This document shows, in pieces, positions 22,530 to 24,778 of a stretch of DNA of 24,778 nucleotides. The stretch is from Octopus sinensis (taxonomy: Eukaryota), in assembly GCF_006345805.1 (NCBI RefSeq), contig NW_021836284.1, positions 1-24,778 of the forward strand, in the 5' to 3' direction. Position 1 is the first letter of the stretch; the number at the start of each line of letters is the position of its first letter. Below the pieces are notes generated by a model. The model saw only the letters and a list, made by a program, of their open reading frames with translations. It made no database searches and was not told the origin of the DNA. Both the position numbers and the translations under genes were made by a program.

Positions 22530-23212
22530 TGTATGAATCAATTGGTAGGTTTGAATATGTATACAAATCATCGAAAGGCCGACAGAAATCCTTTCCTTCA
22601 CCTAAGAATATGTCCCACTTAACTGCAGTTGATACTCTAGCTTACATTCATATCATCTTTGACGAAACAGCTATGGTCATAGTCGTTCCAGACATGTATT
22701 GCATTCCGAAGATTATATGTATCATCATCTATATTCTATTATATAACCTGGTACACTACGATCAACACGGAATTGGTTTTTATTTCTAGCAATCTAAACG
22801 ACCATCTACAGTCCTCCACGTAGTTGTTCATCATGGTGTACAGATAGTCTGCTATGCTCAAATGTGTAGTACAACAATCTACTAATTGGTTGGTGATTTT
22901 CGTACTATGGTGCAACAGAATGCTATTTTTTTATGTCCAAACATCTATAATTCGCAATCACTGAGTCCTTTTCAATTCGTTAACGACGGTTGTGGTAGAT
23001 AGCTGCTATATATGCAACAAACACAATAATAATGCAACTGTTTTGTTAGTTTACATTGATAATTTCGTTTATTAATGGGCATTTGATCTATAATAGATAT
23101 GCTAAGAGTGAAATCATCAGCAATTCTCCAGAAAGGAATGGGATGTAAAAGATTTATTGTTTGATTTATAAGTTTTTACACTATTTACTACTCGAACGTT
23201 TTTTGAAGTAAA

Positions 23213-23358
23213 TATTTCTAATTTAGGCAGAAAGCCAGTATTTTTGAGGGAAGGGAATAGTCTGTACGATAGAGCCCTGTACGTGATTAGTACTTTTTTA
23301 TGGACCTAGGAGGGGATGAAAGGCAACGTTCATCCTGCTAGATTTGAACTCGTAGCGG
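23213..23358 (-). mobile_element. tRNA-derived SINE family A, old truncated copy
   Basis: Reverse strand GAGTTCAAATC...GTTGCCTTTCATCCCCTCCTAGGTCCATAAAAAAGTAC... aligns by eye with the 8721-8858 body. Confidence 0.72.
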
Positions 23359-23459
23359 AATGCCACATTAAGTTCCCATTTGTTCCTACTAGGTGAATGT
23401 TTGAATAAATTGAAGAAATGAGAAATTAAAGGACAAAACTATTCATTCTTTTCTAGTGC

Positions 23460-23770
23460 ATGGATGGCTAAGTGTTCAGGTTCAATCTCACTGTGCAGTA
23501 CATTAGTAAATCTGTTTTCCTCTGACCCCTAGTCGATCAATCATTTGTGACTGAAAGCCCGTCATGTATATATATATGCGAGAGTGTCTATGTGTGAATA
23601 TTTATCTCACCATAGCCTGACAACTGTTGTTGGATTTTTAAACTTCCCTGTAACTTAGAGGTTCAGCAAAGAGAACGTAGAACAACCACAGTTCAAACTT
23701 AGTATTGAGGGCATACTGTTCGACTAAACCCCTTCAGGGCAGTGTTAACAATACAGAAGACTTGAACGAT
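23460..23770 (+). mobile_element. tRNA-derived SINE family B, old degenerate copy
   Basis: CAGGTTCAATCTCACTG, GAAAGCCCGTCATGTATATA, CCCTGTAACTTAGAGGTTCAGCAAA and GTTCGACTAAA occur in the same order as in the reverse complement of 13843-14364. Confidence 0.7.
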
Positions 23771-24778
23771 GTTAGTATATTGTTTATGAATTATTCAAGG
23801 TGATTATCGATTGTGTACAACGGGAATAATCTGTAGCTTGGGATTAGAAGCACGTCAGTTCATTAGTATTATTGACAGTTTATAATAATCCTTCCGTCAT
23901 CGGACAACCAGGTAGTAGTTATTTCACAGAAATCATCTTATGTGTGAATTATGCGATCTAGGGGAGGCAAATCGGTTCACAAAGATTATATTTTTTCTTT
24001 CTTTTTGGTGAGAGAACATTTATTGTAAACATAACGGAGATAATTCAATTGAGAGACGAATCTTTGTCAAGGAATTTGATGGTCTTTCAAAACCTGGAAC
24101 ACTTTTCTATAATTATTTGTACTGTTTTCGCGGCTTTTATGAAAAAGAGGTCGGATAAGATGCTGGCTATGACAGAAAGAATGCTAGGTAAAATGAAATA
24201 AAGGAAATTGCTGAAAGCAATCCTATAATACTATCGGATACATTTTTATTAAATAATTTGAGATGCAATGGCGCTTTCCGACCTAACGAATAACGATGAT
24301 ATCGCTTACTTTCCACTTTTGTATTTTATAGACTTCGACATTAGGGAAAAATAATTCCCATTTAGTAGCAGGCATCATACTTCAAGAGTTCTTAAGGGAA
24401 ATCCACAACAGTGGAGCCCATAATGTACTCATGGTGGTATTCACTTATGAACATCCAATTCTGTGTAGGGAGATAATACTAGTCAGCTATTCACTGTCAT
24501 TGAATTGATTCTTTTGAATGATTAGAAGCGAAGTAGGTTTCCTTTCAGGAAGATACTATATTTGGTAGTATAAAAGGTGCTTTCAGCTAGAACGATATCT
24601 GATCGATTTCATGGTTTAGGGAAGATCTTATTGACTAAAGAATGTGTCAGAAAGAGTAAAATGCTTTGAGTTTGTGTTGTATCATTTTCCATGGTAAGCC
24701 ATGATTAAGAAGACGTAAGATGAAAGGAATTCAACTCGCAGGATTATATTTTCTCTCCGCATGTATTTTTTACTCTTA

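Noticed and set aside
22309-22789. 85-aa minus ORF and 86-aa plus ORF
   Set aside because: No recognisable domain; kept only as part of the low-confidence exon-candidate finding.

Overview
Eukaryotic, very AT-rich, microsatellite-dense non-coding DNA. The repeat inventory (SINE types, mariners, compound TA/CATA/TCTA arrays) looks like a coleoid cephalopod, most likely Octopus; this is recognition from memory, not a database result. No intact protein-coding gene can be supported, and nearly all ORFs in the track are microsatellite translations. Recognisable content: two decayed head-to-head mariner transposons (862-3125), a C-terminal R4/Dong-type non-LTR fragment (7975-8492), a young 5'-truncated CR1/L2-group LINE (12234-13272), five tRNA-derived SINE copies of two families, and a possible Tc1-like MITE. 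The most interesting signal is five hammerhead-ribozyme-like folds in four unrelated sequence contexts (about 9.8, 13.5/13.7, 19.8 and 20.3 kb). All are minimal type I folds with palindromic stem III, as expected of Penelope-like element terminal repeats. Two unrelated families share a non-canonical CCGAAGA core, one candidate has a swapped G3:C8 pair, and two loci form head-to-head inverted repeats. Several splice-signal-flanked segments on the + strand may be exons or pseudo-exons of an unidentified gene (low confidence). All folds and alignments were done by eye.
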